Source of the DNA: an uncultured delta proteobacterium
Lineage (GTDB): Bacteria > Myxococcota_A > Polyangia > Polyangiales > JAFGIB01
DNA length: 64,000 nucleotides
Direction: 5' to 3'
Assembly (NCBI GenBank): GCA_963778655.1
Contig: CAVZVA010000003.1
Span: 256,001-320,000, forward strand
How positions within the stretch are numbered: position 1 is the stretch's first letter; each line of letters opens with the position of its first letter. Positions 18,201 through 29,005 of this stretch are shown in pieces. The translations under genes were made by a program, and so were the position numbers. A model generated the notes under the pieces. That model did no database searches and was not told the DNA's origin. It saw nothing but the letters and a program-made list of their open reading frames with translations.

Positions 18201-20478
18201 GGCCCAGGCGGTCGACCGGGACAGCGCCGACGAGGCGCTGCTGGCCGAGCTCAAGCGCAGCGCGCTCGAGCCCTTCGACGAGCTGATCGAGCGCACCAAG
18301 GGGCGCGTGAGGGCACGGCGTCGCGACCTGCTCGAGCGCGCCCACGCCATGCTGCAGCAGCTCGCCGCCGACCTCGATCGGCTCGACGTCGCGCGCCTGG
18401 CGCGCAAGCAACGACGCGTGGCGCGCGGCGCCGCTGCCGAGCTGCGCGCGCGGCTGCTCGAGCTGCCGGCCACGTTCGCCGCGATCTCCGCCGGGCTCTA
18501 CGAGCGCGCGCGAGTCGGGCTCGCGGTATCGGCGTTCCACCAGCGGCTGAGCGCGATCGTCCAGCGCCAGCAGCAGGCGGCCGCCCTGCGGCTGCGCAAC
18601 GGCGCCCTGCGCAGCTGCGAGGAGCTGCAGCGCGCGCTGCGCGAGCTCGCTGTGGCCGCGGAGGACGTGCCTTCCACGGTGCTGGAGCCGCCCAAGCAGC
18701 TGCCCGCCGAGGGCGAGCCGCTGACGCCCAAGGCGCTGGCGACGGAGCTGATCGCGGAAACCGAGCCGGCGCTGCGCGATCTGCCCGAGACGGCGACCCT
18801 GATCACCGACGGCGTCGTCACTGCGCTCGAAGAGGGGCGCGAGGTCGGCCTCGAGACCAGCGAAATCGCCTTGCGCTCGCTGGCGCAGTTTCTGGTCGAA
18901 AGCGAGCTCGCGGCCGGCGTCGCCGAACAGGTTGAACCGGCTCCCGAGCTCGAGACTCACGCAGCCACGGTCGCGCGCGACGTCACGCGCCTGGTCGCGT
19001 TCCAACTCGCCGAGCTCGGCACGCTGAGTCTCGCCAGCAGCGCCCAGCGCGCCGAGCAGCTGCGGCCGACGCTCGACAACGGCATCGAGCGACTGCAGGC
19101 CGAGATCGACGCGCTGCGGCAGCTCGGCGAGCGCGTGAGCAGACGATTCGAAGCCCAGCTCGCCAAGGTGGTCGAGGGCAGCGATCCGCAACGGCTAACC
19201 GAGGCGGGAAGCCAGCTCGGTCAACATCGACGGCTGCGGCAGGGCAAGATCGCGGTCTCCGGCGCGCAGGGCCTGGCGCGCCGGGCGCAAGGCGCGGCGC
19301 GCCAGGCCGCCGTCTCGCTGCTGTATCGCGGCAGCGCCGGGGTCGTGCTCGCGCGCACGCTGGTTGCGCGCGAGCGACACGACGCCTCGCTGGTCGAACG
19401 CCTGCGCGCATGGGTGCGGCAGAGCAGCCCGCAGGCCGAGACGCTCGACGCCTTGCCCTTCTACTACCGCCAGCTGTTTTTCGGCCATGCGCTCAACGAG
19501 AGCTTCTGGGTCGGCCGCGCCAAGGAGCTGGCCCAGGCGCGGCGGGCGATCCAGACCCATCGCGATGGGCAGAGCGGAATCCTGCTGCTGGTCGGCCGGC
19601 CCGGATCGGGGCGAAGCGCGCTGTGCCAGCGCATCGCGCGCAGGGCGCTCGAGGCCAAGAACGTGTGGTTTCTACCGCCGCCTGCCGCCGGATCGGCAGA
19701 GGTCGCGGTGTTCCGCAGCGCCCTCGGGCGCGCGCTGGGCGGCAGCGGGGAGCTGGACGACCAGCTGCAGGCGCTGCCCGAGCACGCCGCGATCGTGATC
19801 GACGATCTCGAGCTGTGGTGGGAGCGCAGCGAGACCGGGCTCGCGGTGATCGACGAGCTGCTCGAGCTGATCCGCCGCCACGGCCGGCGCATTCTGTTCG
19901 TGGTCAGCGTGAACCACTACACCTTCAAGCTGCTGTCCGTGCTGCGCCCGATTTCGGACCAGGCCCTGGCCGTGATCGAGTGCGGACCGCTGGACGCGCG
20001 CGAGCTCGGCTCGGTGCTCACGCTGCGCCACGGCTCGACCGGGCTCAAGTTCGAGCTCGGCGGCCGCCAGGAAGAGCGCTTGTCGTCGTTTCAGCTAGCG
20101 CGACTGTTCTCGCGCCACTTCAGCTATTCCGACGGGTCGGTCGGCGGCGCGCTGCGCGCGTGGATCACCCACGTCGACAAGGTGCGTGACCGGGTGATGT
20201 CCGTGCGCGCGCCCAGGCGCCCCAGCGCCGAGCCGCTCGACGAGCTGCGCGCGAGCTGGCGAGCACTGCTGATCGAGCTGGCGCTGCACCGCCGGCTCAC
20301 CGCCCCCAAGCTGGCGCGCATCGCCGCCCTGCCCTTGCCCGAGATCGAAAGCGACCTCGAGGCCTTGGTTCGGGCCGGTCTGATCACGCGCGGCGGCCAG
20401 GGCTTGTGCGAGATCGATCCGTTCGTGCGCCAGCTGGTGACCTCGCACTTCGAGCATCGGAGCTTGCTACCGGCATGA
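15289..20478 (+). CDS. Cation-chloride cotransporter (SLC12/APC)-like permease fused to helical region, P-loop NTPase and winged helix; one in-frame TAG at 17260-17262
   Basis: LGTFGGVYTPSLLTILGVIMYLR, GGPYYIISRSLG, FFPAVTGFTAG, WKPNVL, GIEPNTVLL, VDIWW; ORFs 15289 and 17317 share a frame; Walker A-like GRPGSGRS (19594-19617), Walker B IVIDDLE, C-terminal wHTH-like segment. Confidence 0.85.
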
Positions 20479-21287
20479 GCCAGGTCATCGACGTCTCCAC
20501 GCTCGAGCTCGCGTTGCTGGTCGCACGCGGCCTGCTGATCGTCGCACTGCTGCACCTGCTCGGCCGCCTGGTGGCGCTCGCGCCGATGCCGCGCGCGCGC
20601 AAGGAGCGCCTGCGCGCAGCCGGCCCGCCCTTCGCGGTGTGCGTCGTGCTCGTCTACGCACTGCTGGTGATCAAGCAGTTGTTCGGCGCGCACGGCGAGG
20701 CCATGCCCGCGATGCTGGCCGTCGTGCTGATCGGCTTCGTGGCGGCGCTGTGGACGCCGATCCGCGACCTGCTGGCCGGCGCCTTCATCAAGTCCGGCGG
20801 CAACCTACGGCTCGGCGACGACATCCAGGTCCAGCAGCTGCAAGGGCGGATCGAGCGGCTCGGCTACCGCGGGCTGACCTTGCGTACGCACGCGGGCGAG
20901 ACCTTCGTGCCCTACGGCCTGTGCGCGCGCTCGGTGATCGTGCGCAGCGCGTCCACGCCGGGCGCAAGCGCGCACACGTTCCGCGTGCGGCCGATCGCCG
21001 GCGTCTCGCAGCTCGCCCTCAGGCAGGCCATCCGCGAGAGCGCGCTGCTGTGTCACTGGACCGCGATCGCGAAGCAACCCGAGATCGTCAACCTCGAGCA
21101 GGGAGCGGTCGACGTCACGGTCTTCGCGGTCGACTCCGAGCTCGCCCCCGAGATCGAGGCGGCGGTGCGCAGGCGCCTGGCCGAGCTCGAGCGCGGCGGC
21201 CGCGACCCCGAAGCGGCGGGGCGTCTGAGCCAGCTCCCGCTGGCTCAGGCGGACGCGGGCAGCGCGCCCCAGGCCAAGGGCGGCTGA
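20475..21287 (+). CDS. Small-conductance mechanosensitive channel (MscS)-like protein
   Basis: Three hydrophobic helices, IRDLLAGAFI, LRLGDDIQV...GRIERLGYR; ATGA overlap with the upstream stop. Confidence 0.8.
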   Translation: MSQVIDVSTLELALLVARGLLIVALLHLLGRLVALAPMPRARKERLRAAGPPFAVCVVLVYALLVIKQLFGAHGEAMPAMLAVVLIGFVAALWTPIRDLLAGAFIKSGGNLRLGDDIQVQQLQGRIERLGYRGLTLRTHAGETFVPYGLCARSVIVRSASTPGASAHTFRVRPIAGVSQLALRQAIRESALLCHWTAIAKQPEIVNLEQGAVDVTVFAVDSELAPEIEAAVRRRLAELERGGRDPEAAGRLSQLPLAQADAGSAPQAKGG

Positions 21288-21516
21288 GCGCGGGGGTTGC
21301 AGCGCTGTCCGCCGCCCGCGGCATAGCCGCCACGCGCTCTCGCGTTTGTCGTTGCGGGCGATCGCTCGACGGGTGATCGCGGCTCGCCCCGCGAGAACCG
21401 CCTGGGACGTGACGCGCTGCTGCGTGACGAATCCCCCCCCCTTGCACCTCGGAGAGCGCCGGAGTATTGGATGAACGTTTGAATTACTCTCAACCCCGAA
21501 CGCCGACGAGGGTAGC

Positions 21517-23058
21517 GTGCAACACGAAGAATTTCGTCTGGTCGAGACCACACAGGGCAAGCTGCGCGGCGTTCAGCGAGACGGCCACGTGGCCTTCTTG
21601 GGCGTGCCGTATGCGAAGCCGCCGGTCGGCGAGCTCAGGTTCTTGGCACCGCAACCCATGGCCGCGTGGTCCGGAGCTCGTGATGCGCTCGCGTTTGGGC
21701 TCAGCGCACCGCAGGACCCGCTCTCGGTTCCGCCCTTCAAGGCTGTAGTCCCCGAAAGCGAGGACTGCCTCTACCTCAACGTGTACGCGCCGGCGCTCGA
21801 CAACGCGCGCCGGCCGGTGCTGTTCTGGATCCACGGCGGTGGCTTCAGCCACGGCGCGGGCACCCAGCCTTCGTACAACGGCGGGCCGCTCGCGGTGCGT
21901 GGCGATGTGGTGGTGGTGACCATCAACTATCGTCTCGGAGCGCTCGGTTACCTGTACCTCGGCGGCCACGGTGGCGCTGGATGGGGCGCTGCGGCCAACG
22001 CAGGACAGCTCGATCAAATCGCCGCCCTGCGTTGGGTTCGCGACAACATCGCGGCCTTCGGCGGCGATCCTGAGCAAGTCACGATCTTCGGCGAGTCCGC
22101 CGGTGCGGTCGCGGTCGCGACGCTGCTCGCGATGCCGGATGCTCAGGGCCTGTTCGGTAAGGCGATCGCACAGAGCGGGACCGCCAATCGGCTCGGCAAC
22201 GCCAGCGGCGCGAGCGCGATCACCACGCGCTACCTGCAAAGCCTCGGCATCGAGGACGCGGATCCACAGAGATTGCGCAAGGTATCCGTCGAGGCGCTGC
22301 TGCGCGCGCAAGGCCCGCGCGGGCCGTTGTCGCCGGTGATCGAGGGACGCAGCCTGCCGGAGCGGCCGCTATCGGCGGTACGCGCAGGTATGGCGCGTCA
22401 CATTCCGCTCATGGTCGGGACGAACCGCGACGAGTACAAGCTGTACGTGCCGGCACAGCGGCCGGATATCGACGACAACGAGCTGCTGCGTCTAGTGCGC
22501 GAGCAGCTCCCGAAGGAGGCGGCCGATCGCGCGGCCTCCGTGATCTCCGTCTATCGCGAATCGCGCGCGGCCCGCGGGCTGCCGCATAGCCATCACGACA
22601 TCGCGGACGCGCTGACCACCGCATCGCGCTTCCGCATCCCGGCGACGCGCCTGTGCGAAGCACAAGCGGCGCACCAGCCGCGCACGTTCTTGTATCAGTT
22701 CGACTGGGAATCGCCGGCGCGGCGCGGCGCGCTCGGCGCTTGCCACGGCCTCGAGGTCCCGTTCGTGTTCGGCACCGTGGGTACCACCGGCAACGACCGC
22801 TTCACCGGCGTCGGTCCGGACGCCGACCAGCTCTCGCGCCACATGATGGACGCGTGGCTGGCGTTCGCGAAGCACGGCGAGCCGAGCCACCCGGGGATCG
22901 GAGCCTGGCCGGCATACTCGGCTGGCGAGCGCCAGACGATGATTTTCGGTCGCCGCTGTGGTGCCGAGCCGGCGCCCTTCGAAGAGGAGCGCGCCGCCTG
23001 GGACACGTTGCTCAAGCAGCGTGCCGCCAACCGCTCGGCCGAGGCTCCTCACGCCTGA
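21517..23058 (+). CDS. Type-B carboxylesterase/lipase
   Basis: EDCLYLNVY, WIHGGG, FGESAG nucleophile, GTNRDE, ACHGLE. Confidence 0.95.
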   Translation: MQHEEFRLVETTQGKLRGVQRDGHVAFLGVPYAKPPVGELRFLAPQPMAAWSGARDALAFGLSAPQDPLSVPPFKAVVPESEDCLYLNVYAPALDNARRPVLFWIHGGGFSHGAGTQPSYNGGPLAVRGDVVVVTINYRLGALGYLYLGGHGGAGWGAAANAGQLDQIAALRWVRDNIAAFGGDPEQVTIFGESAGAVAVATLLAMPDAQGLFGKAIAQSGTANRLGNASGASAITTRYLQSLGIEDADPQRLRKVSVEALLRAQGPRGPLSPVIEGRSLPERPLSAVRAGMARHIPLMVGTNRDEYKLYVPAQRPDIDDNELLRLVREQLPKEAADRAASVISVYRESRAARGLPHSHHDIADALTTASRFRIPATRLCEAQAAHQPRTFLYQFDWESPARRGALGACHGLEVPFVFGTVGTTGNDRFTGVGPDADQLSRHMMDAWLAFAKHGEPSHPGIGAWPAYSAGERQTMIFGRRCGAEPAPFEEERAAWDTLLKQRAANRSAEAPHA

Positions 23059-23144
23059 GATCGAGGCGAACGCGCGCGATGCCTTGCGCAGGCTTTGCTT
23101 CCTCGGCAGCGCAGCAATCCTCGTGACCCCAAACGGCGCTACCT

Positions 23145-23312
23145 AGAGCACCGAACATATTGAAACACGCACGATTTCGGGGCCCTCGCGGGCGCATGGC
23201 ACGCGCGCTCCCCCGCTCGACGTAGGATGGACTACGCCTTCGGGCTCCCGCCCGCACCCTGCATCCCGCCACGACCCCGACTTCGCACACGTTTCAATAT
23301 GTTCGGTGCTCT
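23145..23312. mobile_element. MITE-like element, copy B (perfect 22-bp terminal inverted repeats)
   Basis: agagcaccgaacatattgaaac (23145-23166) is the exact reverse complement of gtttcaatatgttcggtgctct (23291-23312). Confidence 0.75.
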
Positions 23313-23479
23313 GGGTCTCCCGCCTGGGCGTGGTTGCCAAGCAACATTGCGGGGACACGGTTTGTGCCCGCTGCTGTTCATCGGCATCGGTCTACGTTAG
23401 ACCGATGGTGCGAGCACGCGCGCGCCTTTGCGCTCGGAGCTCGCGTCGGTAGGCGGCAGGTGGGTCGTGGGGTGATGCC

Positions 23480-24977
23480 ATGAATGATCGAGACGAGAAC
23501 CGTAAGAGACTGACGCGGCGCAGGTTCATCAAGCATACAGGCGAGGTCGGCGCAGGCGTGGCGTTGGCGCCGCTCGTGCTCAACCTCTCGGCTTGTTCGA
23601 GCGCGCCGAGCAAGAGCGCGGGCACCACCGGCGGCGAGAGCCCGGCGGGGCCCAGCGCCCAGGGCGGATCGCTACCCGCTGGCGCGGCCGGCGGAAGCGC
23701 GCCGGCACCGGGTAGCGCCGGCAGCGCCGGTCCGGCGCCTTCCTCCGGCATGGCGGCTGGGGGCGCGCCCGACAGCGGCACCATGGGACAACCGGCGGCC
23801 GGCAGCGGGCGGCAGCGGCAGCGGCAGCGGCAGCGGCAGCGGCAGCGCGGCCAACATGGTGAGCCCGAGCGCGATCGCAACCGGCTCCGTGCTGCTCGGC
23901 CTTTACACCGGCGACGGCGTGGCCGCGATGAAGCAGGCGGCACAGAAGCTCGACTTCTCCTGGTTGATGCCGGGCGACACCGTGCTGATCAAGGTGGCCG
24001 TCAACTCGCAATACACGCATCCGACCACCACTTCTCCCAATGGCGTGAGCGGCATGGTCGCAGAGCTCATCGCGCGCGGAGCGGGCAAGGTCATCGTCGC
24101 CGATCAGTCGGGCGTGGAGCACGTGCGCTTGTCCGCCATGGGTCGCTACGAAGGCGGCACCACGCGCGACATGTTCATGATGAGCGGCATGATGCAGGTC
24201 GAGCAGGCCGGCGCGGAGACCCACTTCTTTGACGACCAGCCCTTCGACACGGGCTACTTCGCGGCCACGCTGCCCGACGGTAACCACTGGCCGCGCGGCC
24301 TGTACCTCCCGGCCATCATCAAAGAAGTCGACCACATCATCTACATGCCCCGCATCGGCAATCACGTGCTGGCCGGCGTCACCTTATCGCAGAAAAGCGC
24401 GATCGGCTGGATCCGCGACGACAGCCGCCACGACCTGCACAACGACGCGATGGACTACTACGAGAAGTACACCGAGATTAACTACACCCAGGAGATCCGC
24501 GATCGCTTCCGCATGGCGGTGACGGTGTCAGAGAAAGTGCTGCTGCACGGGGGCCCGGACGTGGGCACGCCCTACGACATGAACCCGGTGCTGGTGCACG
24601 CCTCGACCAGCATGCCGAATCACGATGCGCTCGGCGCGAGCATGTTGGTCACACTCAACCAGAAGTCGACCACGGTCGATCCCGGGACCCAGGTCTACAA
24701 CGCGGCCAACGCGCCGAGCTCGAACAGCCTGTTCGCCAATGGCTTCACGGTCGTCACCGGGGCGGCGGGGCCGTGGACCTCAGGCTCGACCCAGACGCTG
24801 TACACCGCGCACCCGTGGGAGCAAGGCATCACCAAAGACCGCGCGATCGCGCGCGGCTGGGCGCTGTCCGGCGGCATGCCGGCCAAGATCGACATCGTTC
24901 TTGACGGCGAGCCGCTCGACCCCAGCATCCAGAGCAGCCTCGTGACCCACGGCGAGGGGATGTACAACTTCGGCTGA
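23480..24977 (+). CDS. Tat-exported DUF362-domain (lipo)protein, +1 frameshift near 23808
   Basis: TRRRFIK Tat motif and LSAC lipobox; second frame GDTVLIKVAVN, TTSPNGV, HVLAGVTLSQKSAIG; removing one G joins the frames through a GS linker. Confidence 0.8.
23811..23846 (+). repeat. (GGCAGC)6 tandem repeat encoding a Gly-Ser linker
   Basis: Read directly from the sequence. Confidence 0.85.
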
Positions 24978-25018
24978 GACGCCGTGTCTTCTGCTCGCCC
25001 CGGAGCCAACCCGTTGGC

Positions 25019-26017
25019 TCAGCATTCGCTGTCGAGATTCGCCATTTGCGGAGCGCCGTAGCGGCTCCCGTGGATGGCATCTTCGGGGACCAGCTCGTCG
25101 AGCGCGCTGAGGTCGGCCGGGCTGAGCGCTCTGTCGAGCGCGCCGAGGGCATCCTGGAGCTGGGCGCGGGTCTTGGCGCCAACGAGTGGGACGAGCGAGG
25201 GTTGCTTGCCGAGCACCCACGCGAACGCGAGCTGCACGGGGGAGAGGCCGCGCTCCTTCGCAAAAGCGTGGAGGCGTGCGACGACCTCTTCGTTTGCGCC
25301 GCGGTTGCCTGCGGCGAAGCGCGGAAGATGGGCGCGGAAATCGCCGGGGCCCCCGAGCTTGCTGCCGGTGAGCAGGCCGCGGGAGAGCACGCCGTACAGG
25401 GTCGCGCTGATGCCCAGCTCCTCGAGCACGGGAAAGATGGCCCGCTCGGGGCCACGGCTGACAATGGAGTACTCGATCTGCAGATCCACGATGGGGTGGA
25501 CCGCGTGGGCGCGGCGGATGGTCTCGGCGCCGACCTCCGACAAGCCGATGTAGCGGACGTAGCCCGCCTTCACCAGATCGGCGATGGCGCCGACCGTCTC
25601 CTCGATCGGCACAGCGGGATCGAGACGGGCGGGACGGTAGATGTCGATGACTTCGACACCGAGGCGCTTCAAGCTGTAGGCGGCGAAGGTCTTCACCGCG
25701 GCGGGGCGGGTGTCGATCCCGAGCCACGCCCCATCCGGCCCGCGCTGCGCCCCGAACTTGACCGAGACGAGGGCGCATTCACGCCGGCCGGCCAGGGCGC
25801 GACCGACCAGCATCTCGTTGTGCCCCATGCCGTAGAAGTCGCCGGTGTCGATCAGCGTGACCCCGGCCTCGAGGGCGGCGCCGAGCGTTGCCAGGCTCTC
25901 GCGGTCGTCGGTCGCGCCGTAGACACCGGACAAGCTCATGGCGCCGAACCCGAGGGCAGAGACCTCGGGACCGGTCGCGCCCAGCTTCGCCGTACGCTGT
26001 TTCATCTGGCTTGCCAT
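25019..26017 (-). CDS. Aldo/keto reductase
   Basis: LGFGAM, IDTGDFYG.GHNE, SLKRLGVEVIDIY, YIGLSE, QIEYS. Confidence 0.95.
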   Translation of the reverse strand: MASQMKQRTAKLGATGPEVSALGFGAMSLSGVYGATDDRESLATLGAALEAGVTLIDTGDFYGMGHNEMLVGRALAGRRECALVSVKFGAQRGPDGAWLGIDTRPAAVKTFAAYSLKRLGVEVIDIYRPARLDPAVPIEETVGAIADLVKAGYVRYIGLSEVGAETIRRAHAVHPIVDLQIEYSIVSRGPERAIFPVLEELGISATLYGVLSRGLLTGSKLGGPGDFRAHLPRFAAGNRGANEEVVARLHAFAKERGLSPVQLAFAWVLGKQPSLVPLVGAKTRAQLQDALGALDRALSPADLSALDELVPEDAIHGSRYGAPQMANLDSEC

Positions 26018-26319
26018 GGCACCGAGTGTAGCCGTGTATCGCTATCCATAGGCTCCCCCGACTGAAAACGCACATACATCTCCCGGACTCGTCACCGGTC
26101 GCGGAGCTGCCGCTCCCGCACACTTTGGCACATGAGCGCGGTCGCGATGCCCCTGGGGAGGCATCGGAATGCCTGCGCCGAGGCGCGGCCAGCAAGAATT
26201 GGGTCGTGGCATGGGGCGTGCGTGCAACCCTGTGCGGGGGCTCGAGTCGCAGGCTGTGCGATCAGCCGTTTTGCACGCTGCAGTGGCTCGCCTGGCGGCG
26301 CCGGCGTCGAGGGCGCACC

Positions 26320-26475
26320 AACGTCAACGGGAGCTCGGCAGGCTGCGCGGCAGCCGGCTTCGACGGCGACGCGCCCAACGGGCTGCTCGCACCGCTGGCG
26401 TTCGTGTTTGCGCTCTCGCTCTATCGGCGCCGTCGTCGATCATTCACCGGCGGCCTCGCACTCGGGGCGAGCTGA
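26320..26475 (+). pseudogene. Orphan MYXO-CTERM-like sorting tail
   Basis: GSSAGCAAAG...LLAPLAFVFALSLYRRRRR (GC motif, hydrophobic helix, Arg cluster) with no convincing upstream domain. Confidence 0.5.
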
Positions 26476-26776
26476 AGGCGCCCGTTGGCGCATTGGCCTT
26501 CGGCGCATCGATCTGACGTTGAGCGGAGGCAACCACGTCCTCTGCGAATGCGCGTGACATTGCCGAGAAGCCCGACCTCGAGACACCGCCCGACTGGCAT
26601 TGATCCCGGTTGGCGATGCCGTTGAGAAGCGCCGTTCACAGCTGCGGGCGCGCCCGGGCTGCCGTCACCGAGATGCCCGCTTCGAGTGCGCTGGAGTCCT
26701 TGCGGCCCCCCTTGTACGGTGTATAGTGGCCGAGCCTCGGTAGCTCGAGGCTGGGTGGTCGGAGCCGGAGGGTGTG

Positions 26777-27526
26777 ATGCGCTGGCGCGGGTGGTTGACT
26801 CTGGGTGTGGCTCTGCTGTCGGGCTGCGGCGCGACCGACAAGACGGACGCGCAGCGCTCGATCATGGCGGATGAGAGCGTCCCGGCCGCCGGAACGCAAG
26901 GCGGAGCGGGGGGCGGCGGCGCTGCGATCCCGGACGGCAAGAGCCCGGCGAGCACCCAAGCCCCGGCGGCCCCCAGCGGCCTGCCACCGGCACCGGTGAT
27001 GCAAGGCATGGCCGCGGGCAGCTTCAAGCCGAGCGCGGACCTCGATCCGAACGCGAAGTTCGATTGGCCTGAAACGGCGCCCGGCGCGGGCCAGTGCCCG
27101 CCGGGCACCTATGTCGGCATGTTCGGTTGCTCGCTCTTCGTCGATCCGAGCATGCCCCCGCCTGACGGTACGCCGCCCGACTTCTCCGGCCCGATCACGC
27201 TCGAGTTCAAGAAATCGGCCGACGGCGAGTTCCTCGAGCTGGCGAATGCCAAGCTGGACGGCTCCGCGAACGACACGCTCGGCTTCACGGCCGACCTCAA
27301 TGGCAAGCTCGATTGCAGCACGCTCGAGCTCACGGCAACCCTCTCGAATGGAGTGTACGGTTTGGGCTCGCCAATCTTGCTTCCGGGCGGCGACGTCAAC
27401 GGAACGGTTTCGGGAATGCTCGATCCCCAGACAGGCCAGCTCACCGGAACCTGGTCGCTGTATTCCAGCGCCGCCGGGACGAACTTCTCCTGCGACGGTT
27501 CGTGGCAGGCGGTGCTCACACCGTGA
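26777..27526 (+). CDS. Hypothetical lipoprotein
   Basis: Lipobox LLSGC, Pro/Gly linker, Cys-containing beta-rich domain (CPPGTYVG.F.C, GKLDC). Confidence 0.8.
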   Translation: MRWRGWLTLGVALLSGCGATDKTDAQRSIMADESVPAAGTQGGAGGGGAAIPDGKSPASTQAPAAPSGLPPAPVMQGMAAGSFKPSADLDPNAKFDWPETAPGAGQCPPGTYVGMFGCSLFVDPSMPPPDGTPPDFSGPITLEFKKSADGEFLELANAKLDGSANDTLGFTADLNGKLDCSTLELTATLSNGVYGLGSPILLPGGDVNGTVSGMLDPQTGQLTGTWSLYSSAAGTNFSCDGSWQAVLTP

Positions 27527-27735
27527 GCATCGCCCACGCGCTTGCGGCGACATCCCCAACGCGAAAGGCGAGACGGCCGCGCAGCGCTGACTCCCGATGA
27601 CGCGACTGCCGCTGCGCGCTCGAGCGCGGGTGCGCGCCGGCGCTGCGTCGGTCGAGCTTCAGGCGGAATAGGCTTGCTACGGCGCGCGGTGCGATCGGGT
27701 TTGCGCCGGGCAGTGCGACGTGCGATGGCGTCGGC

Positions 27736-28932
27736 GTGTCGACGTCGACGGCAGTCCCCGTGCGGCGGCTAGCGCTGCCCATGTACCTGGCCACCGTGCT
27801 CGCGGGGGCGGGGAAGGGCACCATGTTCCTGCTGGTGCCCATCCGGGGGCTCGAGCTGGGTGGCCTGATGGGCGGCTTCAGCCTGCCGGGCATGTTCGCG
27901 CTCGGTGCCGTGCTCACCAGCTTGCCGGGCGCGCTGGCGGTCACGCGCCACGGGCACCGCCCGGTGCTGCTCAGCGGCTTGCTGCTCTCGGGCACGGCCG
28001 CGCTGGGCGTGGCCTACGGCGGTGCGCTGCCGTGGATGACGCTGGCCGCGTTCGCCTACGGCGTCGGCCAGGGCGTCTTCTCCTTCGCCCGTATCGCCTA
28101 CCTCAGCGACATGATCGGCGTCGAGCAGCGCGGGCGGGTGGTGTCGGCGGTGGGCGGCGCGCACCGCGTGGGCCTGTTCGTGGGACCTGCGGCCGGCGGC
28201 GCCCTGTCGGCGGCTACCGACACCTCGACCGCGATCGCGGCCGTGGCCGCATGCGCCTGGCTCGGCGCCCTGGTGATCGCGGTGTTCCTACCGCGCGGGA
28301 CGACCGTGCCGAGCGCCGCGGCGGGGCCACCCTGGTCGCGGCTGGGGCGGGTGCTGTCGGAGCATCGCCGCACGTTCGCCAGCGCGGGCTTGGCCATGCT
28401 GGCGCTGGCAATGGTGCGGGCGGGTCGCATGCTGCTGATCCCGATCTGCGGCACCATGCTGGGGCTCGACGCCGCCGACGTGGGGATCGTCAAGAGCGTG
28501 TCGATGGGCGTCGACATGGTGATGTTCCTGCCTGCGGGCATGTTGATGGACCGTTTCGGCCGCAAGTGGGCGGCGGTGCCGTGCCTTGGCCTGCTGACGG
28601 TGGGCGTGCTGATCGTGGGCACGGCGACCAGTTACGGCGGCCTGCTCTTGGGTGGCCTGATCGCCGGCTTCGGCAATGGCCTGGGCTCCGGCATCAACAT
28701 GACGCTGGCCGGGGACTTCTCGCCGCGCGAGGGACGCGCCGAGTTTCTGGGCGTGTGGGCGCTCACCAGCGATCTGGGAGGCGCGGTGGCGCCGTTCGCG
28801 ATGGGCGCCGTCGCCACCGCTTTCAGCCTGGCGGCTGCCGCGGCGCTGACCGCCGGCATCGGGGTCTGCGGGTTGGTGCTGGTGACGCGCGCCATGCGCG
28901 AGCCGCTCGAGCGTGGCCTGCGGGGTTCGTAG
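27736..28932 (+). CDS. MFS transporter
   Basis: About 12 hydrophobic segments; motif A-like GMLMDRFGRK; EQRGR. Confidence 0.9.
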   Translation: MSTSTAVPVRRLALPMYLATVLAGAGKGTMFLLVPIRGLELGGLMGGFSLPGMFALGAVLTSLPGALAVTRHGHRPVLLSGLLLSGTAALGVAYGGALPWMTLAAFAYGVGQGVFSFARIAYLSDMIGVEQRGRVVSAVGGAHRVGLFVGPAAGGALSAATDTSTAIAAVAACAWLGALVIAVFLPRGTTVPSAAAGPPWSRLGRVLSEHRRTFASAGLAMLALAMVRAGRMLLIPICGTMLGLDAADVGIVKSVSMGVDMVMFLPAGMLMDRFGRKWAAVPCLGLLTVGVLIVGTATSYGGLLLGGLIAGFGNGLGSGINMTLAGDFSPREGRAEFLGVWALTSDLGGAVAPFAMGAVATAFSLAAAAALTAGIGVCGLVLVTRAMREPLERGLRGS

Positions 28933-29005
28933 CACCCCGTGTCCGAGCGCTCCCGGTGGAACGTGGGCTCCACTCCGCAGTTGAAGCCAAGTGGGGTAGT
29001 GTCAC

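Noticed and set aside
23811..23846. (GGCAGC)6 as a phase-variation switch or RQ-repeat protein
   Set aside because: Changes of six bases keep the frame. The RQRQ reading comes from a separate extra G; the natural reading is a GS linker.
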